NCBI GenBank assembly: GCA_963786105.1
Contig: CAWAXX010000023.1
Location: 32,001-96,000, forward strand
From: Vulcanimicrobiota bacterium
Lineage (GTDB): Bacteria; Vulcanimicrobiota; Vulcanimicrobiia; Vulcanimicrobiales; Vulcanimicrobiaceae
DNA length: 64,000 nt
Reading direction: 5' to 3'
Shown here: positions 30,581 to 40,397 of the stretch, in pieces
How the letters are laid out: every line of letters starts with the position of its first letter
How positions within the stretch are numbered: the first letter of the stretch is position 1
Notes under the pieces: generated by a model
The model's input: only the letters and a program-made list of their open reading frames with translations
The model's database searches: none
Told to the model about the DNA's origin: nothing
Position numbers and translations under genes: made by a program

Positions 30581-30680
30581 CCGAAGCCCGATTTGCTTTA
30601 TCTCGTCGTCGCCGACGGCCTCATTTACCACAGTAAACTTCGGCCGCCGGCTCCTCGATCTAAAGCAAATCAGACTTCGG
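30581..30680 (-). repeat. Structured hairpin repeat family A, copy 1
   Basis: Long imperfect inverted repeat; shares GTTTACTGTGGTAAATGAG and loop motifs with 53110-53215. Confidence 0.8.
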
Positions 30681-32298
30681 CACCCAAACCTGTCGTAGCG
30701 CGCACCTGAAGCTGGTCGAACATTGCCTCGGAAGACCGATCTGGGGCGACCAACGTTCCGACGATCGCACCCAGCAGCCCGATCGGAATCGACACTAGGC
30801 CGGGGTTATCGAGCGGAAAGATTGCGTGCGCTCCCATCGCTACCGGACTGATAGCGATCAGCGCGAGCGATGCGGCCAATCCCGAAATCATACCGGCGAT
30901 GGCGCCGCCCCGCGAAAACCGGCGCCACCACAGCGACAGCAGAATTACCGGAACGTTCGCGCTGGCGGCGACCGCAAATGCCAAACCGACCAGAAATGCG
31001 ACGTTGAAACCACGCAACGCGACCGAAAGCGCGATCGAAAGCGCGCCTACGACCACGGCGGTCGTACGTGCGACGAATAGCTGTTCGGTTTCGTCGCCTC
31101 GCCCGCTGCGTATGAGGTTGAACCAAATGTCGTGGGCGAAGGTGGACGATGCCGTAATCGTCAGACCGGCGACTACGGCGAGGATCGTCGCAAATGCGAC
31201 GGCCGCGACGAAGGCCGTGAGCAGCGGCCCGCCGAGATTGCCCGCCAGCAACGGCGCAGCGAGGTTATTGTTGGTGACCGGCACGATGTAACCGTCCTGC
31301 GCGAGCTGGCCGTTGAGCTGCTGCTGTCCTTCGGGATGATGCGCGATGTACTGAATCGCTTGCCCCGCGTAGAGCCGCTTGCCGATGTGCTCCTGTCCCA
31401 CGATCGTCGCCGCTCCCAAGCCCATGAACGACGTCGTGAGATAGAATGCGCCGACCAACACCATTGCCCATGCAACCGAGACGCGCGCCGCCTTTGCCGA
31501 CGGAACCGTAAAAAACCGCATGAGAATGTGCGGCAAGCCGGCGGTGCCCAACACTAAAGCAAGACCCAGCGAGATGAGATTCCACGCGCCCAGCGGACCG
31601 TGGTACAGCAAACCGGGCTGGAGCAGGTTCGTTACGTTGCCCGAGATGGGAACCGTCGCCGCCGCATTCAAAAACGTCAAGAGCGAGAAGTTGAAGTGTC
31701 CGAGCACCAACAGCGTCAGCAGAAGCGCGGTCATAAGCAGGAGCGCTGCTTTGATGATCTGCACCCACGTGGTCGCGAGCATCCCTCCGAACAACACGTA
31801 CACCAGCATCAACACACCGACGGCGCCGATCGCGACGTAGTCTGGAAATTGCGGCAACAGCAAGTTCACGACCAGGCCACTGCCGACCATTTGGGCGATC
31901 ATGTAAAAGAGGGTGATTACGAGCGTCGAAACGGCGGCAATGGCGCGTACGCCGCGCCCGCGCAGGCGAAACGAGATGAGGTCCGCCATCGTGTACTTGC
32001 CGGTGTTACGCAACTGTTCTGCGACCAAGAATAGGACGGCGAGATATGCAACCAGCCATCCGACCGAATACATGAACCCGTCGAAACCATAGAAAGCCAC
32101 CAGACCCGTGATGCCGAGAAACGACGCGGCCGACATGTAATCGCCCGCGATAGCCCAACCGTTTTGCAAGCCGCCAATTCGCCGGTGTGCGGTGTAGAAT
32201 CCGCGGCTCGTCGTACTCTGTCCGGACGCCCAATAGGTCACGACGAGCGTGATACCCACGAAGACTCCGAACATGATCAACGATGGTTGTGCGTTCAT
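30670..32298 (-). CDS. actP: Cation/acetate symporter (sodium:solute symporter family)
   Basis: AIAGDYMSAASFLG, GGMLATTWVQIIKA, GTAGLPHILMRF. Confidence 0.93.
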   Translation of the reverse strand: MNAQPSLIMFGVFVGITLVVTYWASGQSTTSRGFYTAHRRIGGLQNGWAIAGDYMSAASFLGITGLVAFYGFDGFMYSVGWLVAYLAVLFLVAEQLRNTGKYTMADLISFRLRGRGVRAIAAVSTLVITLFYMIAQMVGSGLVVNLLLPQFPDYVAIGAVGVLMLVYVLFGGMLATTWVQIIKAALLLMTALLLTLLVLGHFNFSLLTFLNAAATVPISGNVTNLLQPGLLYHGPLGAWNLISLGLALVLGTAGLPHILMRFFTVPSAKAARVSVAWAMVLVGAFYLTTSFMGLGAATIVGQEHIGKRLYAGQAIQYIAHHPEGQQQLNGQLAQDGYIVPVTNNNLAAPLLAGNLGGPLLTAFVAAVAFATILAVVAGLTITASSTFAHDIWFNLIRSGRGDETEQLFVARTTAVVVGALSIALSVALRGFNVAFLVGLAFAVAASANVPVILLSLWWRRFSRGGAIAGMISGLAASLALIAISPVAMGAHAIFPLDNPGLVSIPIGLLGAIVGTLVAPDRSSEAMFDQLQVRATTGLGAEV

Positions 32299-32630
32299 TC
32301 CTTGATCTCGTGCGTCTCGCGATGGCGAATACGGGCGGCCTCGAGATCGAAGCGACGAGCTCGCCAGAGATATGCCGCCATGAGAATCCAGGCCATTGGA
32401 AACTGCGAAAGGGCGAAACAGTATGCGAGCGTCAACGGACCGATGACCGCGCGGCTCATTATTTGCGGCGCGAAGCCCACCGATACCGGCAGTGCCAAAT
32501 AGTAGGCGATGAAGAAGAGCGTCGCCGGAATGACGAATTGGCGGCGGGCGGCGACGAGTTTCCGAAACTCCGGCTCGGCCGCCAAGGCATCCCACTGCTC
32601 CGGCGTGATCTGACGGTGCTGCACGAGCAC
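32295..32630 (-). CDS. DUF485 (YjcH-like) membrane protein
   Basis: PEFRKLVAARR plus 2 TM; typical actP partner. Confidence 0.88.
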   Translation of the reverse strand: MLVQHRQITPEQWDALAAEPEFRKLVAARRQFVIPATLFFIAYYLALPVSVGFAPQIMSRAVIGPLTLAYCFALSQFPMAWILMAAYLWRARRFDLEAARIRHRETHEIKE

Positions 32631-32669
32631 GGAGTTTTCTGCCCGGCCTCGCCTACCTGTTAGAGGTCC

Positions 32670-32975
32670 CTAGATTCCAAGAAAACGCCGAACGTCGGCC
32701 CCGATCAACTCCTCGATCGCAAGGCCGGTCACGAACACGGCACTCGCGACGATCGAAAGCGTCGGCATCCCGGGGTCGCGAGGGTATGGAATGGTCACGA
32801 CGACGAGCCACAGCGCGATGGCGAACAGGGGTAAAGCGATAACGGCGCGCGCAATCAGCCACCACCACCGCTGGAGCGGCGCACGTTGGGACTTTATGAC
32901 CGTCATACCTGTAAATGCGATCGAGATTGCGCCGATGAGCCGCGCGACGGCGTCGAGGATTGCGGCCGGAGTCAC
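32670..32975 (-). CDS. Small 3-TM hypothetical protein
   Basis: GTG start overlaps the sufU stop; hydrophobic segments. Confidence 0.55.
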   Translation of the reverse strand: MTPAAILDAVARLIGAISIAFTGMTVIKSQRAPLQRWWWLIARAVIALPLFAIALWLVVVTIPYPRDPGMPTLSIVASAVFVTGLAIEELIGADVRRFLGI

Positions 32976-33361
32976 TCCTCGTCGGGCCAGGACGCGATTC
33001 GGCCGATTGCGGCGCTCTTGAGCACTCGCAAGCCGAGCATCGCACATTTCATCCGCGTCGGACTGATCCCGATGCCGACGTTCTCCAGGACGAGGTCCTT
33101 CGAAAGCTTGGCCACGTCTTCGAGTTTCATGCCCTTCACCGCTTCGGTGAGCATCGATGCCGACGCTTGGCTAATGGCGCAGCCCTTCCCGAAAAACTTC
33201 ACGTCGCGCACGATGCCGTCGTCGACGTTGAGCTCCATGCGGATGGTGTCGCCGCACAGCGGATTGAGATCCTCCGCCTGCACGTCCGGTTTCTCGAGAT
33301 GCCCGAAATTTCGCGGATTGCGATAATGGTCGAGAATATAATCGCGATAGAAGTCGTCCAT
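32972..33361 (-). CDS. sufU: SUF system NifU-family protein SufU
   Basis: ILDHYRNPRN, NPLCGD, GCAISQASAS, RMKCA. Confidence 0.92.
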   Translation of the reverse strand: MDDFYRDYILDHYRNPRNFGHLEKPDVQAEDLNPLCGDTIRMELNVDDGIVRDVKFFGKGCAISQASASMLTEAVKGMKLEDVAKLSKDLVLENVGIGISPTRMKCAMLGLRVLKSAAIGRIASWPDEE

Positions 33362-33482
33362 TTAACAGGCGCTCCGGCCCAGCCTCCGCGCCCCCCACGC
33401 GCTGCGCGCGCGGGGCCCCCCGGCCACGGGGCGCGTAAACGTATCGGCTTTGAGACGTTCCCCTAGGGCGCCCCGAAAAAAC
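33361..33482. repeat. Intergenic repeat family C, copy 1
   Basis: Colinear similarity to 58066-58178. Confidence 0.75.
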
Positions 33483-33535
33483 GGGACGGCGGGAGCCAAC
33501 GTACAGCGGGACTTCGTCGAGCTCACGCGACGCTG

Positions 33536-34792
33536 CTAAACCTTAAATACCTTCGCCGCTTTTTCGAGTCCGTCGGCGAGAGCATCTACGTCGGCCTCAG
33601 TATTATACAGGTAGAACGACGCGCGGGCGGTGGCGGACCAGCCCATTTTATCCATCAGGGGCATCGTGCAGTGATGGCCGGCTCGGATGCAGATGCCTTC
33701 GGTGTCGAGGATCGAGGCGAGGTCGTGTGGGTGAACGTCGGCAAAGTTGAATGAGATCACGCCGGAAATCGCCGCCGGGTCGCGCGGCCCGTAGATCGCC
33801 AGGCGCGGCTCGAACTCGCTCAATCGCTCGAAGGCGTACGTCGTGAGGGCACGCTCGTGCGCGCGTATCCAGTCCATCCCCACGCGCTCGAGATACTCGG
33901 TGGCGACGCCGAACGCGATAGCGTCGGCGATGTTGCTCGTACCGGCTTCGAACTTCCATGGCGGCTCGGCGAACGTGGCTCCGCGGTACTCCACGCGATG
34001 AATCATGTCACCGCCGTAATCGAAGGGCGGCATCGCCTCGAGCAGCGCGCGCTTGCCGTAGAGTACGCCGATTCCGGTCGGCCCCAACATTTTGTGGCCG
34101 CTGAACGCGTAGAAGTCGGCGTCGAGCGCTTTCACGTCGACGCGGAGGTGGGCTGCGCCCTGAGCGCCGTCCACCAGAACGACGGCACCGGCGGCGTGTG
34201 CGCGAGGGATTACGACGTCCAGCGGTGCGATGGAGCCGAGGGTATTGCTGACGTGCCCGATGGCTACGAGCTTACAGCCTTCGAGCAGCGCGTCGAGGTC
34301 GTCGAGCACGAGCACTCCGCGTTCGTCGGCCGGAATAAATCGCAACTGCGCCCCGGACCGCTGCGCCAACGCCTGCCAGGGTACGAGATCCGAATGATGC
34401 TCGAGTTCCGTCAGCAAGATCGCGTCGCCGGCGCGAAGATTCGTCGAGCCCCACGTGTAGGCCACGAGGTTGATCGCCTCGGTCGCGTTTCGCACCCAGA
34501 TAATCTCGTGCACGTCCGCGTTGATGAAGCGCGCGAGCTTGACGCGCGCTCCTTCAAACTCGGCGGTTGCACGTTCGGCAATTTCGTAGACACCGCGATG
34601 AATGTTCGCGTTGTATTGCTCGTAGTAGTCGACGAGTGCCTGGATGACCGCGCGCGGCTTTTGCGAAGTGGCGGCCGAGTCGAGGTACACGAGCCGTTTC
34701 CCGCGTGACGTCGGTCGCGCCAGGATGGGAAAGTCGGCAATGATGCCGGCGACCTTGGGGTCGAGGGCCGGCGTTCGGAGCGTTTGCGTCAT
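33536..34792 (-). CDS. sufS: Cysteine desulfurase SufS
   Basis: YLDSAATSQKP, SGHKMLGPTG, RAGHHC. Confidence 0.96.
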   Translation of the reverse strand: MTQTLRTPALDPKVAGIIADFPILARPTSRGKRLVYLDSAATSQKPRAVIQALVDYYEQYNANIHRGVYEIAERATAEFEGARVKLARFINADVHEIIWVRNATEAINLVAYTWGSTNLRAGDAILLTELEHHSDLVPWQALAQRSGAQLRFIPADERGVLVLDDLDALLEGCKLVAIGHVSNTLGSIAPLDVVIPRAHAAGAVVLVDGAQGAAHLRVDVKALDADFYAFSGHKMLGPTGIGVLYGKRALLEAMPPFDYGGDMIHRVEYRGATFAEPPWKFEAGTSNIADAIAFGVATEYLERVGMDWIRAHERALTTYAFERLSEFEPRLAIYGPRDPAAISGVISFNFADVHPHDLASILDTEGICIRAGHHCTMPLMDKMGWSATARASFYLYNTEADVDALADGLEKAAKVFKV

Positions 34793-35982
34793 GAAAGCTT
34801 GGCGGCTAGTGCCGTCCGGATAACGGCGCGTAGCGCATCGGTGGGAAAACGCGCGATTGCGGGCTCGAAGAAACCGAGCGCGATCATTCGCTCGGCGGCG
34901 TTGCGTTCGATACCACGGGTTTGCATATAGAAGATCTGTTCCGCATCGAGCGCACCGACGGTCGCTCCATGGAAGGCTTTGACGTCGTTTGCGCCGATTT
35001 CCAGCGCCGGCACCGAATCGATGTGCGCTTTTGCCGAAAGCAGCAACGCGTCGTCGCGCAGGCTTGCATCGCTTCCCTGGGCACGCGGAGCGATTCGAAT
35101 GTTTCCGAGATAGCGCGCCTGCCCCTCGCCGACGGCAGCCGACTTGACGATCGTCTCCGAGGCTGAATCACCGACGACGTGGTCGATAGTGCTGACGACG
35201 TCGACGTGTTGGGATCCTTGCGGAAAGAAGATCGCCGTGACGCGGGCCTGCGCTCCCGGCAGTTCGATGGCGACCGAAAGATCGGACACCGCCAGTCCGG
35301 CTCCCAACTCGGCGTTCGTCCAGGACACGGTAGCGTTACGACCCGGCCGCGCGGCACGGGTTTGAACGACGCGAGCGTTTTCGGCCAACTCCTGACAGCT
35401 CGCATAGGTAACGTCCGCGCCCTCGCCGGTGACGATTTCGGTGGCTCCGCAGACGAACGCGCCGGCACCCCCCTGGAGGCGTTCGACGATCGTCGCACGG
35501 GCGCCGCGCTCGGCCAACACGACGGTATACGGAAACACGTTCGATGCGTCCGGGACCGCGTAGGTCACGAGAAGAGGCTGGTCGGTTGCCGCGTCCGCCG
35601 GCACGTATACGAAAGCGCCGAGGTGAGAAAACGCCGTGGCGAGCGCGCCGAATTTGGATATCGGGACTCGGGTCGCACCGAATACGCGAGCGAGCAGCGC
35701 GGGATGGTCGCGGGCGGCGGTCGCAAGGTCGCAGGCGATGACTCGCGGATGCGGATTGTCGATCGTTACGCTGCCCGAAACCTCGGCGATCGATTGCGGT
35801 AACGGCGCGAGCGACTCGAGATCGGTCTTCCAGTAGCGGCCCGGGCGCTCGCGGCCGCTGCGGGTTGCGAAAAATCGATCGAGCGCCTGCGCTCGCCGTT
35901 GGAGTTCGAGAACGTCGTCGCCGAATGCCGAAAGCCGCTCGCGTAGCTCTTCGCCGGCGACGGAATCGGAAGTCTTAAGCAA
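34789..35982 (-). CDS. sufD: Fe-S assembly protein SufD
   Basis: PALEIGANDVKAFHGATVG, FYMQTRGI; lies between sufC and sufS. Confidence 0.88.
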   Translation of the reverse strand: MLKTSDSVAGEELRERLSAFGDDVLELQRRAQALDRFFATRSGRERPGRYWKTDLESLAPLPQSIAEVSGSVTIDNPHPRVIACDLATAARDHPALLARVFGATRVPISKFGALATAFSHLGAFVYVPADAATDQPLLVTYAVPDASNVFPYTVVLAERGARATIVERLQGGAGAFVCGATEIVTGEGADVTYASCQELAENARVVQTRAARPGRNATVSWTNAELGAGLAVSDLSVAIELPGAQARVTAIFFPQGSQHVDVVSTIDHVVGDSASETIVKSAAVGEGQARYLGNIRIAPRAQGSDASLRDDALLLSAKAHIDSVPALEIGANDVKAFHGATVGALDAEQIFYMQTRGIERNAAERMIALGFFEPAIARFPTDALRAVIRTALAAKLS

Positions 35983-36745
35983 TCGCTCCGATCTCCTCGC
36001 GAATCGTATCGTAGCCTTCGCGCTCGATCCGTTCGGCGAGATCGTGCCCGCCCGTTTTCACGATGCGTCCGTCGATCATCACGTGCACCACGTCGGGCGT
36101 GATGTACTGCAGAATTCGGGGATAGTGCGTGATGATGAGAAAGCCGGCCGCGCGGCCTTCGTCGCTCGAACGCAAAGCCGCCAACGAGTCGCAGACGTCC
36201 TTGAGCGCATCGACGTCGAGACCCGAATCGGTTTCGTCGAGGATCGCGTACTTGGGAGCGAGCACGGCGAGTTGGAGCATCTCGAGCCGCTTTTTCTCGC
36301 CGCCCGAAAATCCGTCGTTGAGGTAGCGGCCCATAAACGACGGATCCATTCCGAGGACGTCCATTTTTTCCATCAGCAGCGCGCGAAATTTCGCAGGTGC
36401 AAGATCGCCCGGCCGCACGGCTTGGCGCGCGGCGTGGAGAAAGTTCGCCACTTTGATTCCCGGGATGGCGGCCGGGTACTGAAACGATAAGAAGAGGCCG
36501 GCGCGCGCCCGCTTGTCGGGTGCCAGCGCCAGAAGGTCCTCGCCGTCGAGATGGGCGGTCCCCCGGGTGATCTCGTACTGCGGACGCCCGGTCAGCGAAA
36601 AGGCCAGCGTCGACTTCCCACTCCCGTTTGGTCCCATGAGGGCGTGCGCTTGACCGGGTTCGACGTTCAGGTCGATGCCTTTAAGAATTTCGTTGCCGGC
36701 GACCCGGCAATGCAGATCGACGATGCGCAAACCCCGCTCGGACAC
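35975..36745 (-). CDS. sufC: Fe-S assembly ATPase SufC
   Basis: MGPNGSGKSTL, FSGGEKKR, LDETDSGLDVD. Confidence 0.96.
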   Translation of the reverse strand: MSERGLRIVDLHCRVAGNEILKGIDLNVEPGQAHALMGPNGSGKSTLAFSLTGRPQYEITRGTAHLDGEDLLALAPDKRARAGLFLSFQYPAAIPGIKVANFLHAARQAVRPGDLAPAKFRALLMEKMDVLGMDPSFMGRYLNDGFSGGEKKRLEMLQLAVLAPKYAILDETDSGLDVDALKDVCDSLAALRSSDEGRAAGFLIITHYPRILQYITPDVVHVMIDGRIVKTGGHDLAERIEREGYDTIREEIGAIA

Positions 36746-36891
36746 GCGTTTTCCTCCGTTACAGACCGTTACAGACCGTTGGGTTCCGCAGGCCTCTGCG
36801 GACTCGCCTGTATCGTAGCCGAGGCTCTCGTAGAAAGTCAAGGAGAAACTTTACTATCTCCGCTCGTTCGTGCTAGGATAGCGCTACGGAC

Positions 36892-37542
36892 ATGCACGCC
36901 GACCGTTTTTTTGCCTCGACCCGCGGGAAGATCGTCACCGAGCTGCGACGCCGGGGTTCTGCCTCAGCCGTCGACTTGGCGCGCGTTTTTGGGCTGTCAC
37001 CCAACGCCGTGCGGCAGCAGCTGGTGGTTCTCGAACGCGATGGTCTCGTGGCCGAGAATCCGGTCCGGCGGGGACCCACGAAGCCGACGCTCGAGTTCTC
37101 GCTCACCAGCGAAGCGGACAAACTCTTTCCGCAGGGTCACGACAAGATGCTGACGGCGGTTCTGCGCGAGGTGCGCGAGCAGTTCGGTAGCCCGGCCGTC
37201 GGGCGGATATTCGACGGCCTTTCAAGGCGCGCCGTCGACCGGGCCCGGCAGCGAATTACGGCCGAGACACCCGAGAAGAAGGTGGCTCAGCTCACCGAGA
37301 TGCTGCGGGAGAGCGGCGTGGTAGCCGACTACAGCTTGATCGACGGGGGCTTTGCCCTACACGAGCATAACTGCCCGTACACTACCGTCGCCAAGGATCA
37401 TCCGGAGGTCTGCCAGGTGATTCACCAGGTGATCGAAGAGACGATCGGTGGCGAACACGAGCAGACGGAATCCCTGGCGCGCGGCGGAAAGGAATGCCGC
37501 TTCGAGATGAAACTGCAACCTTCCACAACGCCGGTATCGTAA
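36892..37542 (+). CDS. SufR-like HTH transcriptional regulator
   Basis: N-terminal HTH (AVRQQL..LERDGLV, RGPTKP); C-terminal EHNCP..C..C; divergent from sufC. Confidence 0.82.
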   Translation: MHADRFFASTRGKIVTELRRRGSASAVDLARVFGLSPNAVRQQLVVLERDGLVAENPVRRGPTKPTLEFSLTSEADKLFPQGHDKMLTAVLREVREQFGSPAVGRIFDGLSRRAVDRARQRITAETPEKKVAQLTEMLRESGVVADYSLIDGGFALHEHNCPYTTVAKDHPEVCQVIHQVIEETIGGEHEQTESLARGGKECRFEMKLQPSTTPVS

Positions 37543-37550
37543 AGAGAGCG

Positions 37551-38057
37551 ATGGACTTTCCAAAATTTCAACGTTTGGTCGAGGAGCGCGCGGGCTTTCG
37601 CACGATGGAAGACCCTACCGCGAGCGGTGAGTACTTCAGCGACTCCTGCGGCGACATGTACAACTTCTTTCTCAAGGTCGGGCCCGGGGCGGTCATCGAG
37701 GACATTTCCTACTTCACGACCGGTTGTGGGTTTGGCACCGCCACCTGCAGCCTGGTCGTCGATCTCGCCAAAGGTAAGACGATCGACGGCGCGGCGGCCA
37801 TCTCGGCGGCCGACGTCGAGAGCCAGCTCGGCGGGTATCCCGAGAAGAAGAAGGACTATCCGGAGCGCGCTCTCGAGGCGCTTCACGTTGCCATCGACGA
37901 CTATCGCGCAAAGGTCTCCGGTGGAACGATTCCCGATTACGGGGCGATGCCGGCACCCGGGCAGCCGTTGCAAGAGCGCGTCGCCGAGGCGTCGCCGGTT
38001 GAGCCTTCGGTCAACGGCAACGCCGGTGGCGGAAAGCTCTTGATCAAGCTTCACTGA
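37551..38057 (+). CDS. IscU/NifU-N-like scaffold protein
   Basis: DSCGD, TTGCGFG motifs. Confidence 0.8.
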   Translation: MDFPKFQRLVEERAGFRTMEDPTASGEYFSDSCGDMYNFFLKVGPGAVIEDISYFTTGCGFGTATCSLVVDLAKGKTIDGAAAISAADVESQLGGYPEKKKDYPERALEALHVAIDDYRAKVSGGTIPDYGAMPAPGQPLQERVAEASPVEPSVNGNAGGGKLLIKLH

Positions 38058-38625
38058 CGGTTCCGAGCCGTTCTCGAAAAAACACCTCGTAACGCGAGGT
38101 GTTTTTTTCTTTGTCGAAGATCGATTCGAAGAGCGATAGGCCGTCGCACCGCAGCGGAATTGGGGCGATCTCGACGAGCGGCAGCGGGCGGATCGGTTCC
38201 TTAACGCGGGCGAGCGTCACGTGGGCTACCGCGTCGTTCGTGAAATCGAAACCGCAGCCCCGAAGCGCCTCGCGAACGCCGCTTGCGAGCCGCCGAAAAT
38301 CCGCGCCCTGTTCGCGAGCGCCGGCGTAGATGACCCGCGGTTTGCGCTCGTGTGGAAACGCCCCGAGTTTGTTCAAGTCGACGGCGAACGGTGTAGGCTG
38401 CGCGGCTGCCTGCCGTACCGCTGCGACGATCTCATCGGAGCGTACGGCATCGACATTGCCTAGGAAGGCGAGCGTCACGTGGAATTTCGCCGGATCCTCG
38501 TAGCGAGCGGCAAACCCGGTTGCTAAGAGGCGTCGCGCGGCGTCCGCGCACGCAGCGCGTGCGGTTTCGTCGAGCGCTATGCCGACGAAGAATCGCCGCG
38601 TAGGCGGTTTCTCGCTAAGGTTCAT
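38044..38625 (-). CDS. thpR: RNA 2',3'-cyclic phosphodiesterase (2H family)
   Basis: Two HVTL motifs. Confidence 0.88.
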   Translation of the reverse strand: MNLSEKPPTRRFFVGIALDETARAACADAARRLLATGFAARYEDPAKFHVTLAFLGNVDAVRSDEIVAAVRQAAAQPTPFAVDLNKLGAFPHERKPRVIYAGAREQGADFRRLASGVREALRGCGFDFTNDAVAHVTLARVKEPIRPLPLVEIAPIPLRCDGLSLFESIFDKEKNTSRYEVFFRERLGTVSEA

Positions 38626-39269
38626 GCCCGCGCGAGGTAAGGATTCGATCGCCGCTCGATGCCGATCGTCGTAAACGGTCCGTGTCCGGGGATCACCGGC
38701 GTACCGTCGCCGTGATCCATGAGTTTGGAATGGATCGACGCGACGATGTCTTCCATCGAGGTTCCTCCGAGATCCCAGCGTCCGATCGACCCGGCGAACA
38801 GCGTATCGCCCGTAAGCAACGTGGGGGGCGCGTCACTCGCATCGGTTACCGCGAAGCAGACGCTTCCCGGTGTGTGACCGGGCGTGTGGAGAACGTCGAC
38901 TCGCACGTCTCCGGCCTTCAGGACGTCGCCGTCGGCGAGGTCGCCGTCGAGGTCCACCACGGCGGGCGCGTGCGTCAAACCGATCCATCGAGCCTGCATT
39001 GCCAACGTGCGATACAGCGGCAAATCGGCCGGATGCAGCAAGCCTCGTCCGCCGGTGAACTCGCGCAAACGGCCCAGGTCGGCGATGTGGTCGATATGCG
39101 CGTGAGTGTGCGCGAGTAGGACCGCGCGTAGCCCGAGTCTGGATAGACGCCGTATCACTTCATCGACACCGTCGCCGCCGTCGACGACGATCGCCTCACC
39201 GGTAGCTTCGTCGCCGACGACGGTGCAATTGCAGCTAAGCGAGCCGACCGGAAACGTTTCGAGAATCAT
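38622..39269 (-). CDS. MBL-fold hydrolase (glyoxalase II-like)
   Basis: HTHAHIDH, TPGHTPGS, GDTLF, PGHG. Confidence 0.9.
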   Translation of the reverse strand: MILETFPVGSLSCNCTVVGDEATGEAIVVDGGDGVDEVIRRLSRLGLRAVLLAHTHAHIDHIADLGRLREFTGGRGLLHPADLPLYRTLAMQARWIGLTHAPAVVDLDGDLADGDVLKAGDVRVDVLHTPGHTPGSVCFAVTDASDAPPTLLTGDTLFAGSIGRWDLGGTSMEDIVASIHSKLMDHGDGTPVIPGHGPFTTIGIERRSNPYLARA

Positions 39270-39284
39270 TCTTCTTCGACGGGT

Positions 39285-39767
39285 TCAATCAACGTGAATG
39301 CCAAAATCGTGATAGCCGCCGTTGAAGTAGCCGAGCGGCGACCCACTGCGTGCCCGGCACGAAACGACGTTCCCGATAAAGATCGAATGCGATCCGACGT
39401 GATGCTCCGCGACGACTTCGCAGTCGAAGTGGGCGATCGCATCGGACAACACCGGGGCGCCGGTTAGGTCGACTTCGTAGCCGATTTCTTCGAATTGCTT
39501 TTCGCGCACCTTTCCGGCAAAACGCTCGGCCAGGTGTCGTTGCTCGCCGGCCAAGACGTTCACGCAGAAGATGCGCGAACTCGAAATGTAGAGGTAGCTG
39601 CGCGCTTCGCGATTGACGCAAATCAAAAGCGCCGGCGGGTCGATCGAGACGCTCGCAAAGGAGTTCAGCGTAAGGCCGCGCGGCTCGCCGTCCTTCAAGC
39701 TCGTGACGATCGTCACGCCGGTCGGAACGTGGCGCATCGCATGTTTGAAGGCGGCTGCCGAGGTCAT
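39285..39767 (-). CDS. Flavin reductase family protein
   Basis: TGVTIVT, SFASVSIDPP, GSHSIFIG. Confidence 0.9.
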   Translation of the reverse strand: MTSAAAFKHAMRHVPTGVTIVTSLKDGEPRGLTLNSFASVSIDPPALLICVNREARSYLYISSSRIFCVNVLAGEQRHLAERFAGKVREKQFEEIGYEVDLTGAPVLSDAIAHFDCEVVAEHHVGSHSIFIGNVVSCRARSGSPLGYFNGGYHDFGIHVD

Positions 39768-40393
39768 CGCCGTCGAGCGCCGATTCCGGTGCCGTTGCCC
39801 AGCGGCAAGATGGTCGCATCGAGTTCGGGATGGGCGAGAAAATATCGGTTGAACGCGAGCATTGTGCGCACCGCAGGATCGTCGTCGCACGCCGTCTCGG
39901 CGGCAACGCGACCGCCCAGGAGGCAGTCGTCGACGATAACCAGCCCGGACAGCTTCAACATCGGAACGACGAGATCGAGGTAGGTGCGGTACTCGCTCGT
40001 GTCCGCATCGATAAAGACGATGTCGAGATTTCGATGCGGGAAGTTCTCGAGAAGTTCCAACGTAGGCGTGTTGAAAATTTCGATGTAATCGTCTTCCCCG
40101 GCTTGCCGGAAATACGACAGCGCGACGCCGGTACGGCGGCTGTCCGGTTCGATCGTCCAAATCTTGCCCATACGCGGCTGCGCGAACGCCATCCAGAGAG
40201 TCGAGTAGCCGTAACCCGTCCCGATTTCGAGGATACGGCTCGCTTGCATCGCGTGAACGATGGTCGAGAGCAAGCGCGCCGTCTCGCGAGAGACGATCGG
40301 GACGCCGTCTTTCCGGCCGTGCCGCTCGAGTGCGAGCAACAGCGGATGCGGTTGCGGATGGTTCGTTTCGAGATACCGCAGCGTTCGTTCCAT
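39764..40393 (-). CDS. O-methyltransferase (methyltransferase_3 family)
   Basis: LEIGTGYGYS, DIVFIDAD. Confidence 0.9.
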   Translation of the reverse strand: MERTLRYLETNHPQPHPLLLALERHGRKDGVPIVSRETARLLSTIVHAMQASRILEIGTGYGYSTLWMAFAQPRMGKIWTIEPDSRRTGVALSYFRQAGEDDYIEIFNTPTLELLENFPHRNLDIVFIDADTSEYRTYLDLVVPMLKLSGLVIVDDCLLGGRVAAETACDDDPAVRTMLAFNRYFLAHPELDATILPLGNGTGIGARRR

Positions 40394-40397
40394 CGGA

